From Pecten maximus (lineage: Eukaryota), in assembly GCF_902652985.1 (NCBI RefSeq), contig NC_047029.1:34348001-34412000 (forward strand): a DNA stretch of 64,000 nt. Direction: 5' to 3'. Of this stretch, positions 51,646 to 64,000 are shown in pieces. Positions within the stretch are counted from its first letter, which is position 1; each line of letters opens with the position of its first letter. The position numbers and the translations under genes were made by a program. A model generated the notes under the pieces. The model saw only the letters and a program-made list of their open reading frames with translations, did no database searches and had not been told where the DNA came from.

Positions 51646-53603
51646 TATCGATCTTACCACGTCGACAACAAAAACTGCAGAATACCTGGCACACAGTTTG
51701 TAAGGGTACATTTCAAATAGTTGATTGGTTTATTGAAGAAATGATTACAGTATATGTCTGGGATCATGTATCTGTGAGAGAATGAAATAAAATAATTAAA
51801 CCACACAATGAAGTATTAAGGAAGAACATTCAAGATTCAACACATCTGAAATATTTTCATCAAAGACATCTAACTGCTATGTATTTGGGATTATACGTTA
51901 AGGAATGATGCGAAAGAAATTTTGTGAAGAAAACTCAAATTTTTAACTGCCCTCAGCTTGAAAGTGTCAAAAAGTCAAAGGAATGAATTAATGCCGGAAA
52001 TGTGTATCTCAGTAAAGTGTTTTGATATACATGCATCTATATCAATTCCAGGGGGAAGTTCAGAAGATAATTAACAGCATCAAGAAGAGGTGTAGGAAGG
52101 AACTCAAACCCATACCCGCCATCTACGACGAAGAAGTATCCAAACAGACCCAGGACTGGGCAGCTGACAGACCACTACTTGAGCCGATTCCCACCTACGC
52201 AACCTGTAAGACAACCGTTTGACGCAACTGAAAACCCTTCTACACAACGGCGACATCGATTACATCAACTATGGCGACCGAGCAACATATTTATTACAAA
52301 ACATACTACATATATGTAGCAACGTATAGTTCTGTAAACAATGTATCATCCTTAATATAAATTCATCTTTTGTTATACAGTACAAATATTATACAAAGAA
52401 AGTAAACTATTGGTTTATTTATGATATAAATAATGCTCATTTGTAATGTATGTATGAATGTATGTGTGCTTATTATATTGTATTTTGAAGATAACAGTGC
52501 ATATTAGTTATCCATTGTACAAATATAATATCATCAGTAAAAAGTACATGTATATTTGCTGAATAGACGTAGTATACATGTTTATGTATTGTTGGTATGG
52601 TAGTATTTTCATATTTAATTGGTTAAAGTTATATTCAAATCTGTATTATAACATATAGGGTACCTATATTGCATTAGTAGTAAATATGTGTATGAATGTC
52701 CATATACAGGTAAACTAGGTCAGTGAGGCGCCATATCTGAACTATTGTCCATAGTGCTAGAAGTGTTAGAAATGAACCTACACGTGTTAGCAATACTGTT
52801 TTCTATGAATACAGGTATTAAATATATATATATGTTATGTGTTATGTTGCTAGTACAATACTAATGAATATAAGTTATCAGTATGAATGTTTGGTGAGGA
52901 ATTGTCAAGTGCTTTGTTGTGTGTATTTTGAAGCTCTCCATGTTGGAATGAGATCGTTCCTTGTACCAATCAAGACACTGCAAACCACCACGGCTTCGGC
53001 AACAGGACCGGTTATGGACCAAGGTTAGCCACAGGAAGTGTGTCGGTAATCACGGGCGGGTCATGGTATCCAAAGGCCTAGGGATCGACACTGCAGACAT
53101 TCTAGTTGGATTGTCTTTGAGTAACTAGCTAGAAACCTTGGCTGGTATCCATTTAGTGAGGAAGACTTTTGTGTCAGTCACCCTAGATGAGACGCGCGCG
53201 GGAGAACGCTGTGCTCCGGGTTCAGCTTCAATGCATTGATTCTTGATCATGAGGAGAACTTATACTGTGAACTGTGACGTGCTGTGCTGAACTTTAATAC
53301 ATCTTTAACTTTTTAAAGTGTATAATATGTTTGACATATATATTCACGTATATATGATTATGTCAATGAAATTTAATATATAATTTCACATCTCAAGGTA
53401 TAACATTAAATTGATATTTTTGTAGTTCAAATACCTACCTACCTGTATTTACCGGTATTACCTGGATTTTGCAATAAATGAATGAGAGAGATAGTGACTT
53501 TCTCAGTTTACTAAATAATTAGATCCCTGGGTAAACAAATCCTGTTTCTCCCAAAAATGTTTTACCTGGATTTTCAGTTTTGGGAAAAAAAGGATTAAAC
53601 CAG

Positions 53604-55436
53604 CTGAAGCCACTGATCCACATTGTAGGACGATTGTGGTAAGATCTTCATTGTAGCACGATTGTGGTAAAATCTTCATTGTAGCACGATTGTGGTAAGA
53701 TCTTCACTGTAGTACGATGGTGGTAAGATCTTCATTTTAGCACGATTGTGGTAAGATCATCATTGTAGTACGATGGTGGTAGGATCTTCATTGCTGCACG
53801 ATTGTGGTAAGATCTTCATTGTAGTACGATGATGGTAGGATCTTCATTGTAGTACGATTGTGCTAAGATCTTCACTGTATCACGATTGTGGTAAGATATT
53901 CATTGTAGTACGATTGTGGTAAGGTCTACATTGTAGTATGATGGTGGTAAGTTGATGACATTGATCAACATTGTAAGACGATTGTGGTAAGATCTTCATT
54001 GTAGCACGTTTGTGGTAAATCTTCATTGTTTTACGATGGTGGAAAGATCTTCATTGTAGTACGATGGTGGTAGGATCTTCATTGTAGCACGATTGTGGTA
54101 AGATCTTCATTGTAGTACGATTGTGGTAAGATCTTCATTGTAGTACGATTGTGGTAAGATCTTCATTATAGTACGATTGTGGTAGGATCTTCATTGTAGC
54201 AAGATTGTGGTAAGATCTTCATTGTAGCACGATGGTGGTAGGATCTTCATTGTAGCACGATTGTGGTAAGATCTTCATTGTAGTACGATTGTGGTAAGAT
54301 CTTCATTGTAGTACGATTGTGGTAAGATCTTCATTGTAGTACGATTGTGGTAAGAACTTCATTGTAGCACGAATTGTGGTAAGATCTTCATTGTAGTACA
54401 ATTATGGTAAGATCTTCATTGAGGTACGATTGTGGTAAGATCTTCATTGTAGCACGATTGAGGTAAGATCTTCATTGTAGCACGATTGTGGTAAGATCTT
54501 CATTTTAGCATGCTTGTGGTAAGATCTTCATTGTAGTACGATTGTGGTTAAATCTTCATTGTTACACGATTGTGGTAAGATCTTCATTGTAGCACGCTTG
54601 TGGTAAGATCTTCATTGTAGCACGATTGTGGTAAGATCGTCATTGTAGCACGATTGTGGTAAGATCTTCATTGTAGCACGATTGTGGTAAGATCGTCATT
54701 GTAGCACGATGGTGGTAAGATCGTCATTGTAGCACGATGGTGGTAAGATCTTCATTGTAGTACGATTGTGGTAAGATCTTCATTGTAGTACGATAGTGGT
54801 AAGATCTTCTTTGTAGTACGATTGTGGTAAGATCTTCATTGTAGTACGATAGTGGTAAGATCTTCATTGTAACACGATTGTGGTTAGATCTTCATTGTAG
54901 TATGATTGTGGTAAGATCTTCATTGTAGTACAATTATGGTAAGATCTTCATTGAGGTACGATTGTGGTAAGCCGATGACATTGATCTTCTATGTAGCGCG
55001 ATTGTGGTAAGTTCCTGACATAGATCTGCATTGAAATACGATTGTGGTAAGTTGATGACATATTTAGACTACATTGTTATATGGCTGTGGGAAGCTGATG
55101 ACATTTATTTAATTGTAGTATGACTGGTAAGCTGATGACATAGATCTACATTATAGTACGATCGAGGTAAGCTGGTGAGATTTATATTGTAGTATGACAG
55201 GTAAGCTGGTGAGATGTATATTGTAGTATGACAGGTAAGCTAATGAGATTTATATTGTAGTATGACAGGTAAGCTGATGAGATTTATATTGTAGTTTGAC
55301 AGGTAAGCTGATGAGATTTATATTGTAGTATGACTGGTAAGCTGGTGACATTGGTCTACATTGTGTAATATGATTGTGATAAGCTGGTGACATTGGTCTA
55401 CATTGTGTAATATGAATGTGGTAAGCTGATGACATC
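53604..55436 (+). repeat. 28-bp minisatellite, long version (about 48 core copies, 53633-54970) plus derived 32-40-bp units
   Basis: Unit starts at 53633, 53661, ... (28-bp period). Confidence 0.95.
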
Positions 55437-55484
55437 GAATCTTATCAGATACCATGCTGTTTGTTACTACTTAGTTGAAACAGT

Positions 55485-55985
55485 TACCGTATATCGTTTT
55501 TTTAGCGAGTGTCTAATTTCCGCTATTTTCCAGACTCCCTTGTATGGGTGTTGTCATAAACTGATCACCTGTTTACACATGCCATGTACAGGTGTACTTA
55601 ACTAGCCGTGACTCGACTGAACTGCTTTATTAAATAAAATGTACTCACAGTTGATCATATTTTTGTCCTTTGTATAGATCTATTTGAAATGATAACGAGA
55701 GTGGCATTGCCAAGTGAATCATGGCCATACTACGATTTGTAACCGTTACACGGAAGGACGAAGAAAATCCGGTCAGGGACAGACCTGAGTTTGCTGAAGC
55801 AAACAAACATGTAGATAAATCATTATTACTGTACTTCTTCGTTTTTGTTGTATATGAAACATATGTATGATAAAATTTGAATTACACGTTGTGAAAACGC
55901 TAAAAATGAAATACGCTAAAAATAAAACGTGTCATTTGGTACAGAAAACGCAAAATTTGGCATACGCTAAAAAAACCCCGTTATA
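55485..55985. mobile_element. MITE inserted in the (TA)n tract of the TLR B promoter
   Basis: Imperfect TIRs tatatcgtttttttagcg.gtgtctaatttccgc / gcaaaatttggcatacgctaaaaaaaccccgttata. Absent at the paralogous (TA)n at 46090-46110. Confidence 0.7.
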
Positions 55986-56073
55986 TTTATATAAACAGCC
56001 ATGCGTGACCATATAGCCAATATACATGTGTTATAAACCTCCGTGTCAACTTCCTTAATGACGAGAAGACGAC

Positions 56074-59000
56074 ATGGGCAGCAACGTGGCTCTACTCATT
56101 TCCTGCATCTTATGGATTTTACAATATTCAGGTAATTCAAAATAGTATTTTACGCCGTAGTATAGTTAAAGGGAATGTAAAATATCATTTAGAAGATGAG
56201 TATTTACAGAGAACTGTAAATGCTGTACAAGAACTGTCATTATTTTATCTAACTGTATTATATACCGGGGTATGATAAACACAGGTAAATATGTGGCTCT
56301 ACAGCGGAAATATAAGATCATGGAGCCAATAGGCTATATTTCTATTTATAAACGATTTCTTCTCTGGAACTAAGTGATAGATGTCGCTATATTTGGCCGG
56401 AAGTTTCTGTAATTAAACTGATTGCATTAAGATTAGCGTTAAGCAATGGAAAAATTATCAGCGAATTATCATAACGTCGTCTCTTTGTGAATTACCGGAA
56501 AGTATTTGAGTGCTTTGTCAAAAACTAAACTGAAGATTGCCGAAATGAGTGAATATCTAACTTCTCCATGAGGTAAGTTAACAACAAATAGCCGAAGCGT
56601 TCAGTTCCTAGAGAACAATTGACCACGTCACTACTATAGTTGTGTCAATACCCGCTGTGCTTGACAACCATAGTAAATCTAAGACAGAAATTGTGGGTTA
56701 TGAATATATTACAGAATTGTAAACGGAAAATGTACTTAACAAAAATATTGAGTTGTTTCTTTTAGTTTTGTAAACAAAACTGGTGTCTTTATGTAGATTC
56801 ACTCGAATTGTATTATCTTAGCAACCACGATTGCCGTGGTTACCAACGTCGCAACACATCACGACTTTTGTTTTCTTTGTACGGTATTTCAACGAATTGT
56901 TTTATGTGAATTGATGCATTGAATGCTGACGCGCTATATTGAATATGTCTGTATCCCATTGCGTTCATACCACCGTCAACGCAATAAAAACACTGCTCAA
57001 TCCTTAATATTTACATTTTCACTTCGCTCCGCCTCAATGAACATAGTAAACTCAGATCACTTATTTCCCGTTGAAGATTTTGGGTCGCGTGCTTCTGTTC
57101 TGCGAGACGAATCACTTTCTTGCCGGCGTGTGAATACATTCACTGAGTTTACAATGGCGATCGAGTTCTGTACCGCCTCAGACTTGAATGCACTTTCACT
57201 TTGTGAATTGTGTAACATTGTTATAAACGTATATGAACACAAGTGGAATAGCCGCTTTATGTGCTAATAAAAATGCCAGTATAATGCAGACAGTTTAGAA
57301 AACAGGATCTGACAGAACACTGACACTCTCGATAGCACCGAGCTCATGACCTACGTAGCGCAGTAGGTCTAACGTTAGCTGTATCTCGAATGCCATGCTT
57401 AATACCATTTCAGTGGTCTCAGAAAATAAACCTCAATTTAAACACTATTTAACAACACAAAACAGACTGGTAGCAGAAGTATGCTATATCGAGAACAGGG
57501 ACACAGTATTGTCGTAATTTGACTCAATCTAAACATATGAAGGACACAAGTTTCCGGTCGTCGAATACAGCCAATTTTCAAATCAATGTTTCTTTACTTA
57601 CTATTATCAAAATGTACATCCCAAAACGCCAGTACGACAATGAAATCCAATATTTCAAGAACATCACCAGCTAACCTGCGACTAAAATCCACATTGTTAC
57701 ACTTTTTCTCGAGCTCTGAATATCCCGGCTAGACTGCATCACATCATTTTTTTAACCGAGTCCCTGTGTCTCGAGTGACCAAATCACACACATACTATAC
57801 TGTCAACACTGCACTTTAAATTCGTATCTATATGGGTATTGCTAAGTTTTTATTATACAATATCATAAATATTTGTTATAAGTGAATATTTTACCTTGAA
57901 AATATCGTATCAATGTGTATCAACATCGTAATAATCAAACCGTGTATGGCACTATATTTTGTGTTGCCTTGGCGACGAGAATAGTTGACTGTCTGCTGTT
58001 CCACTACTGTGCACACATGTACGATAAGTATAACAATGTTACAAAGTGACGCACTTACGTCATACTGTTGCGACCGAATTTTGCAATCTGGTGGGGGAGT
58101 TTTAAATTTGGTTAACGTAAATATAAGGATCAGTTCATGTACCATTTGCACGAGGTTCACTTCCTTTCATCAGTCCATGCAAGCAACAAAATTGACAATC
58201 AATCCTTAATTAAAACGACTTCTCTCTTTGGAACTACGCAATGAATATCACTCATTGACTGGTAACATCTTTCGGTGATGGGGATTCAAAAAGCTTCAAA
58301 TGGTAGGGCTAACCCCTCATTGGCCCAGGACGTGGCCAAAAGGGAGCTATTGGGCTATATTGCCATAAACAACTTCTTCTCTGGAACTATGTAATGTATA
58401 TCGTTCATATTTGACAGGTACATGTAGCATCCCTAGGTGGCGATGATGCAAAAAGCTACAAATTGTTAGACTGGCCAATCAGTGGAGCTATTTGGCTTTC
58501 TTGAAATCACTTAGATTCCCGCCCCATAACCATATATAGCGTCACTGGGCACCAAGAGATAAACACAATCTTGTTGTAAAAATAGGCTCTGGAGTTTTCC
58601 CCACCTATAGGGACTTACCGGTAGTTTCTTGGTTATATATTTGAAACCGTTGAGATCCCCAAAATATTGCCATATATATCACTGCTGGGCATCAAGGAAT
58701 AAACACAACCATGATGTAAAAATAGGCAAATGGGTCTTTTTCCACCCCCAAGGAACATAGTTTCTGGGTTGTAGATTTAAAATCGGTGTGTGCATAGAAT
58801 TCATTGGCACCAAGCTTTAAGCACAATCCTGTACGAAAAGAGGCCTCGTGTCTTTCCCCCGGAACTCAACCATTAATTTACCTCCCCAGCATTCTCAATT
58901 GAATAAGTAAAATATCCACGAGTGTAAAACATCTTAATTTTGAACTTGGTAAAAACATTGAGATCGCCCTGTTAGGGTGAACGATTGTATCAATCCCACC

Positions 59001-62000
59001 CCTAACAACCATGGGATAACCCTGTGAAGTATATGATATAATCAATATTTCATCTCTTTGGGGATAACACACTCCAAACAGGGTAAATGGGCTATGGGAG
59101 ATCCCCGTCTAAATCACAAATAGATGAGCGATTCTAGTATCTGAAACTCAACCAGGACCTAGTTGTTCAAAGGGTGATTAGGCTAATCACAGTTAACAAC
59201 AATTTTAAAATCCTAATTAAATAATTTCCAGTAAAACTAACTTGACAAAAGTATATAAAACGTTAACACTTCTCATTCTCTTCCTTCCTGACCATTTTCA
59301 GGAATACACACACTCAGGTTTTGAAGCAAAGGAGAAATTATATTTTCACTAATCAAGTGATTAAGCTAATCACCTTTTGAACAATTGGACCCTGTCCCAG
59401 CAAAGTCGACGGAATGTACAAGATAGATACCGATGGAAACACCTTCGTCATAAACATGTAATCGATACAGTTTATCCGAATAATGAAGATATATCCACCA
59501 TACACTGTTTTAACATTCCAGAACTCATTTATCTTATAATGACTTATGTGGTTAATGATGAAGATATCTCCACCATATACTGTTTTAACATTCCAGAACT
59601 AATTTATCTTATAATGACTTATGTGGTTAATATTTTCTATTCTAGGTGCATGTACGAAAGGATGCCACGTCACCAGGATAGAAGAGACAAGCCGTGTCAC
59701 GTGTTCAGGATACCGTCTAAATACTGTGCCCCAACATTTGCCAGTCAACACGACTGCGTTGAACCTACGGAATAATGACATTAATACATTACCGGGTAAA
59801 TCGTTTAGCAATCTTCATGCTTTAAAAGCACTTACACTTTCCATGAACAAATTGTCCATTATTTCGACCGATGCATTTTACGGGCTTCGTAATTTAGAGT
59901 ATCTGGATTTATCTGAAAACAATCTCGATGTTTATTCATTCGACACTACAACTTTTCATATCTTGGAAAAACTTAAATATTTAAACATTCAACGAAATCG
60001 TTTCCACTTGACGAAACTATATCCGCAATATGCAGTTTCTCACATGTCACAACTGGAGACTCTTATTATAGATGTTTTTGAAGGATTCCGATTCGGAAGT
60101 GGATTTTTGAATTTAACCAAACTGCATAAAATAGAATTTAATTATGTTAGTGAAGAACGGGTGTCATTTCGAAATTCATCTTTTCTCGGACTTAAGAACT
60201 CAAATATCTCGTGTTTAGATATCTCTGTGCGGATGAAAAAAATAGAGATCGATTGCTTGTCTCCGTTTAGCAGACTATCATCGCTTAGTTTGAGTTCAAA
60301 ACAAACCATACCAATAAACGTTCTTCTGCGAGCACTTTACGGATTGCGGGGAAGAGGAATGGAATCGATAACAATGCATACTAACGATGTTAAGTTTAAC
60401 GGAATGATCCATTTGACGGACTCGGATTTTTCCTACCTGGGTACTATCTGTATAAAAAAGCTTAATTTAACTCGAAATTCTATAGGAACAATATCAGTGG
60501 GGTCGATTGTGTCGTGGACTAAAAGGCCGTGCCTGGAGATGTTAGACTTATCAAGAAACATAATTCATTCTCCTGTAATTTTAGTACTTATCAATTTATT
60601 TCCATCTGTTACGTATGTGGATATATCATACATGGGTGAGAAACCGATGAGGAAACGTGACATTCCGTTTGAACGACAAACTGTCTTTTTCGTACCAAGA
60701 AAGCTTCGTTATCTTAACGTGTCGCATTGTCCCATAGACGGAGCTCTGATGAATTTTTCAATATCTACTGAAAATAATTTACATGTTCTCGACCTAGGTA
60801 ACCCTACCCGAACTCCGCGGTGTTCCTACGGATTCTTCACAGGGTTGATACACCTCACGGAATTGGACATATCAGGCTTTGAATGTCCAACGCCATATCT
60901 TGAAACACTCACAGAAATGCATAACTTGACACGTTTTGGGGCCAGTCACTGTAGCCTTGGTGACAGTTTTACTGCAAATACTACTTTATTCAAAGGATTG
61001 TACAATTTGACATCTGTTGATATTTCGTCAAATAATATAAAGACACTTAACATTCAGTTATTTGAGGATCAAAAGGATTCCCTTCATACCCTAGTCCTAG
61101 CCCAGAATAACATGGAAAGACTTCCGACTGGATTACTTCAAAGCCTCAGTGTGTTGGAAAGACTTGACATGAGGAAAAATCTCATAACCACACTGACAAT
61201 ATCAGAATATGTTGCTCTTGATGAAATGCAAAGGAGAACAGAACAGTTCAGGATTCATCTTTCCGGAAATCCTCTAGTTTGCAGCTGTTACAATGTGGAT
61301 TTCATTTCGTGGATAGAAACTACACGGGCTATTTATAACAAGGAGGAACTTGTTTGTTCGGTTCTAGGAGGAAAGCAAATGAGGATTGAAGAATTCCTTG
61401 AAACGTTTGATCAATTTCAGGAAAATTGTGTCTCCCAATTCTGGTTGATCGTCTCCGTTACACTTTGTGTTCTTTTGATTGTGTTAGGTATTGCATCTCG
61501 GGAATCATGGCGGCGCAGTGCTTGGCTGCGAGTGAGGTGCCGAGAGCCATCCGCATATAATAAATATCCTTACGACATTTTTATATCGTACAGTGACGAA
61601 GATTCTGGCTGGGTAGCAAACACATTTGCCCAATGGCTAAATGAAAAGGGAATCCAATACTGCTTAGATGAGAAAAGCTTTAATCCAGGGCGTGACATAG
61701 CTGATAACATTATGGACGCCATAGATAGTTCGCGTCGAACTGTTTTCGTTGTAAGCAGTACATATTTAGAACACGAGTGGACGATGTTTACGATGAAATT
61801 AGCCAGTGTTTATTCATTTCGCGAAGGTCGAGAGAACATGAATATTGTGATTCTGTTAAACGATATAAAACGGAGTGAATTTCCAAAGCTCATGCGGAAG
61901 AACTGGAATACCATTCGTCCTTTGCATTGGCCACGCAAAAACACAACAGATCCAGAAAAAAATATCGCCGCAGAGCAGGTGTTTTGGAAAAGATTGTTAA

Positions 62001-62062
62001 AACGCATCCAACGAGAAAATAACATCGTTGTATCGTCAGATGTTTCAAAGTACACCGCATAA
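56074..62062 (+). CDS. TLR: Toll-like receptor copy B, 824 aa; exons 56074-56131 and 59646-62062
   Basis: Exon 1 encodes MGSNVALLISCILWILQYS-G (donor G|GTAATT). Exon 2 is 2417 bp as in copy A, with 28 amino-acid differences counted from the supplied translations. Same LRR-TM-TIR architecture. Confidence 0.93.
57009..58198. other. Unclassified 1.19-kb insertion with 12-bp flanking direct repeat in the TLR B intron
   Basis: tcaatccttaat at 56997-57008 and 58199-58210. A single copy is present at the empty site, about 46803. Confidence 0.7.
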
Positions 62063-64000
62063 TATCGATCTTACCACGTCGACAACAAAAACTGCAGAAT
62101 ACCTGGCACACAGTTTGTAAGGGTACATTTCAAATAGTTGATTGGTTTATTGAAGAAATGATTACAGTATATGTCTGGGATCATATATCTGTGAGAGAAT
62201 GGAATAAAATAATTAAACCACACAATGAAGTATTAAGGAGGAACATTCAAGATTCAACACATCTGAAATATTTTCATCAAAGACATCTAACTGCTATGTA
62301 TTTGGGATTATACCTTAAGGAATGATGCGAAAGAAATTTTGTGAAGAAAACTCAAATTTTTAACTGCCCTCAGCTTGAAAGTGTCAAAAAGTCAAAGGAA
62401 TGAATTAATGCCGGAAATGTGTATCTCAGTAAAGTGTTTTGATATACATGCATCTATATCAATTCCAGGGGGAAGTTCAGAAGATAATGAACAGCATCAA
62501 GAAGAGTTGTAGGAAGGAACTCAAACCCATACCCGTAATCTACGACGAAGAAGTATCCAAACAGACCCAGGACTGGGCAGCTGACAGACCACGTCTTGAG
62601 CCGATTCCCATCCACCTACGCAACCTGTAAGACAACCGTTTGACGCAACTGAAAACCCTTCTACACAACGGCGACATCGACTACATCAACTATGGCGACC
62701 GAGCAACATATTTATTACAAAACATACTACATATATGTAGTTACGTATAGTTCGGTAAACAATGTATCATCCTTAATATAAATTCATCTTTTGTTATACA
62801 GTACAAATATTATACAAAAAAAGTAAACTATTGGTTAATTTATGATATAAATAATTCTCATTTGTAATGTATGTATGAATGTATGTGGTGCTTATTATAT
62901 TGTATTTTGAAGATAACAGTGCATATTAGTTATCCATTGTACAAGTATAATATCATCAGTAAAAAGTACATGTATATTTGCTGAATAGACGTTGTATACA
63001 TGTTTATGTATTGTTGGTATGGTAGTATTTTCATATTTAATTGGTTAAAGTTATATTCAAATCTGTATTATAACATATAGGGTACCTATATTGCATTAGT
63101 AGTAAATATGTGTATGAATGTCCATATACAGGTAAACTAGGTCAGTGAGGCGCCATATCTGAACTATTGTCCATAGTGCTAGAAGTGTTAGAAATGGACC
63201 TACACGTGTTAGCAATACTGTTTTATATGAATACAGGTATTAAATATATATATGTTATATGTTATGTTGCTAGTACAATATAATTGAATATAAGTTATCA
63301 GTATGAATGCTGGGTGAGGAATTGTCAAGTGCTTTGTTGTGTGTATTTTGAAGCTCTCCATGTTGGAATGAGATCGTTCCTTGTACCAATCAAGACACTG
63401 CAAACCACCACGGCTTCGGCAACAGGACCGGTTATGGACCAAGGTTAGCCACATGAAGTTTGTCGGTAATCACGGGCGGGTCATGGTATCCAAAGGCCTA
63501 GGGATCGACACTGCAGACATTCTAGTTGGATTGTCTTTGAGTAACTAGCTAGAAACCTTGGCTGGTAACCATATAGTGAGGAAGACTTTTGTGTCAGTCA
63601 CCCTAGATGAGACGCGCGCGAGAGAACGCTGTACTCCGGTTCAGTTTCAATGCATCGATTCTTGTTCGTGAGGAGAACTTATATTGTGAGCTGTGACGTA
63701 CTGTGACGTGCTGTGCTGAACTTTAATACATCTTTAACTTTTTAAAGTGTATAATATGTTTGACATATATATTCACGTATATATGATTATGTCAATGAAA
63801 TTTAATATATAATTTCACATCTCAAGGTATAACATTAAATTGATATTTTTGTAGTTCAAATACCTACCTACCTACCTGTATTTACCGGTATTACCTGGAT
63901 TTTGCAATAAATGAATGAGAGAGATAGTGACTTTCTCTGTTTACTAAATAATTAGATCCCTGGGTAAACAAATCCTGTTTCTCCCAAAAATGTTTTACCT

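Larger units (their letters stand above)
39438..64000 (+). repeat. Tandem segmental duplication array of a ~10.4-kb TLR-containing unit (units begin about 39438, 51258, 61675)
   Basis: TIR, 3' flank, 28-bp satellite, promoter, exon 1, intron and exon 2 recur colinearly. The offset between the intact genes is 10417 bp. Confidence 0.93.

Noticed and set aside
53604-55436. CRISPR-like appearance of the 28-bp array (also 37041-38200 and 23480-24132)
   Set aside because: Head-to-tail units with no unique spacers, no cas genes, eukaryotic context.
12051-62062. Functional ABCB1-TLR 'defence island'
   Set aside because: Adjacency alone is not evidence of co-regulation in an animal genome. It would need conserved synteny or co-expression data.

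Overview
AT-rich, intron-containing animal genomic DNA. The repeat families and genes suggest a lophotrochozoan, probably a bivalve mollusc (inference). It has four parts. (1) The 3' half of a Ty3/Gypsy retrotransposon (RT end, RNase H, integrase, PPT, 151-bp 3' LTR) with one Trp-to-stop lesion. (2) A complete ABCB1/P-glycoprotein gene with 26 coding exons (12051-34769, about 1361 aa), reconstructed exon by exon with consistent phases except one +1 A frameshift just before NBD2. It also has a minisatellite that amplified an exon end and its splice donor nine times. (3) Two abutting minisatellites. (4) A tandem ~10.4-kb duplication array of two-exon Toll-like receptor genes: two intact 824-aa copies and a promoter-fused TIR fragment. 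The array units differ in promoter indels, in the length of an upstream array of TGTGGTAAG (RUNX/enhancer-core) repeats, and in transposon insertions (an intact Tc1 DD34E element, an internally deleted piggyBac, MITEs). I see no clearly new biological system. The best candidates are the regulatory and structural diversification of the TLR array and the piggyBac mini-transposase. All counts were made by eye.
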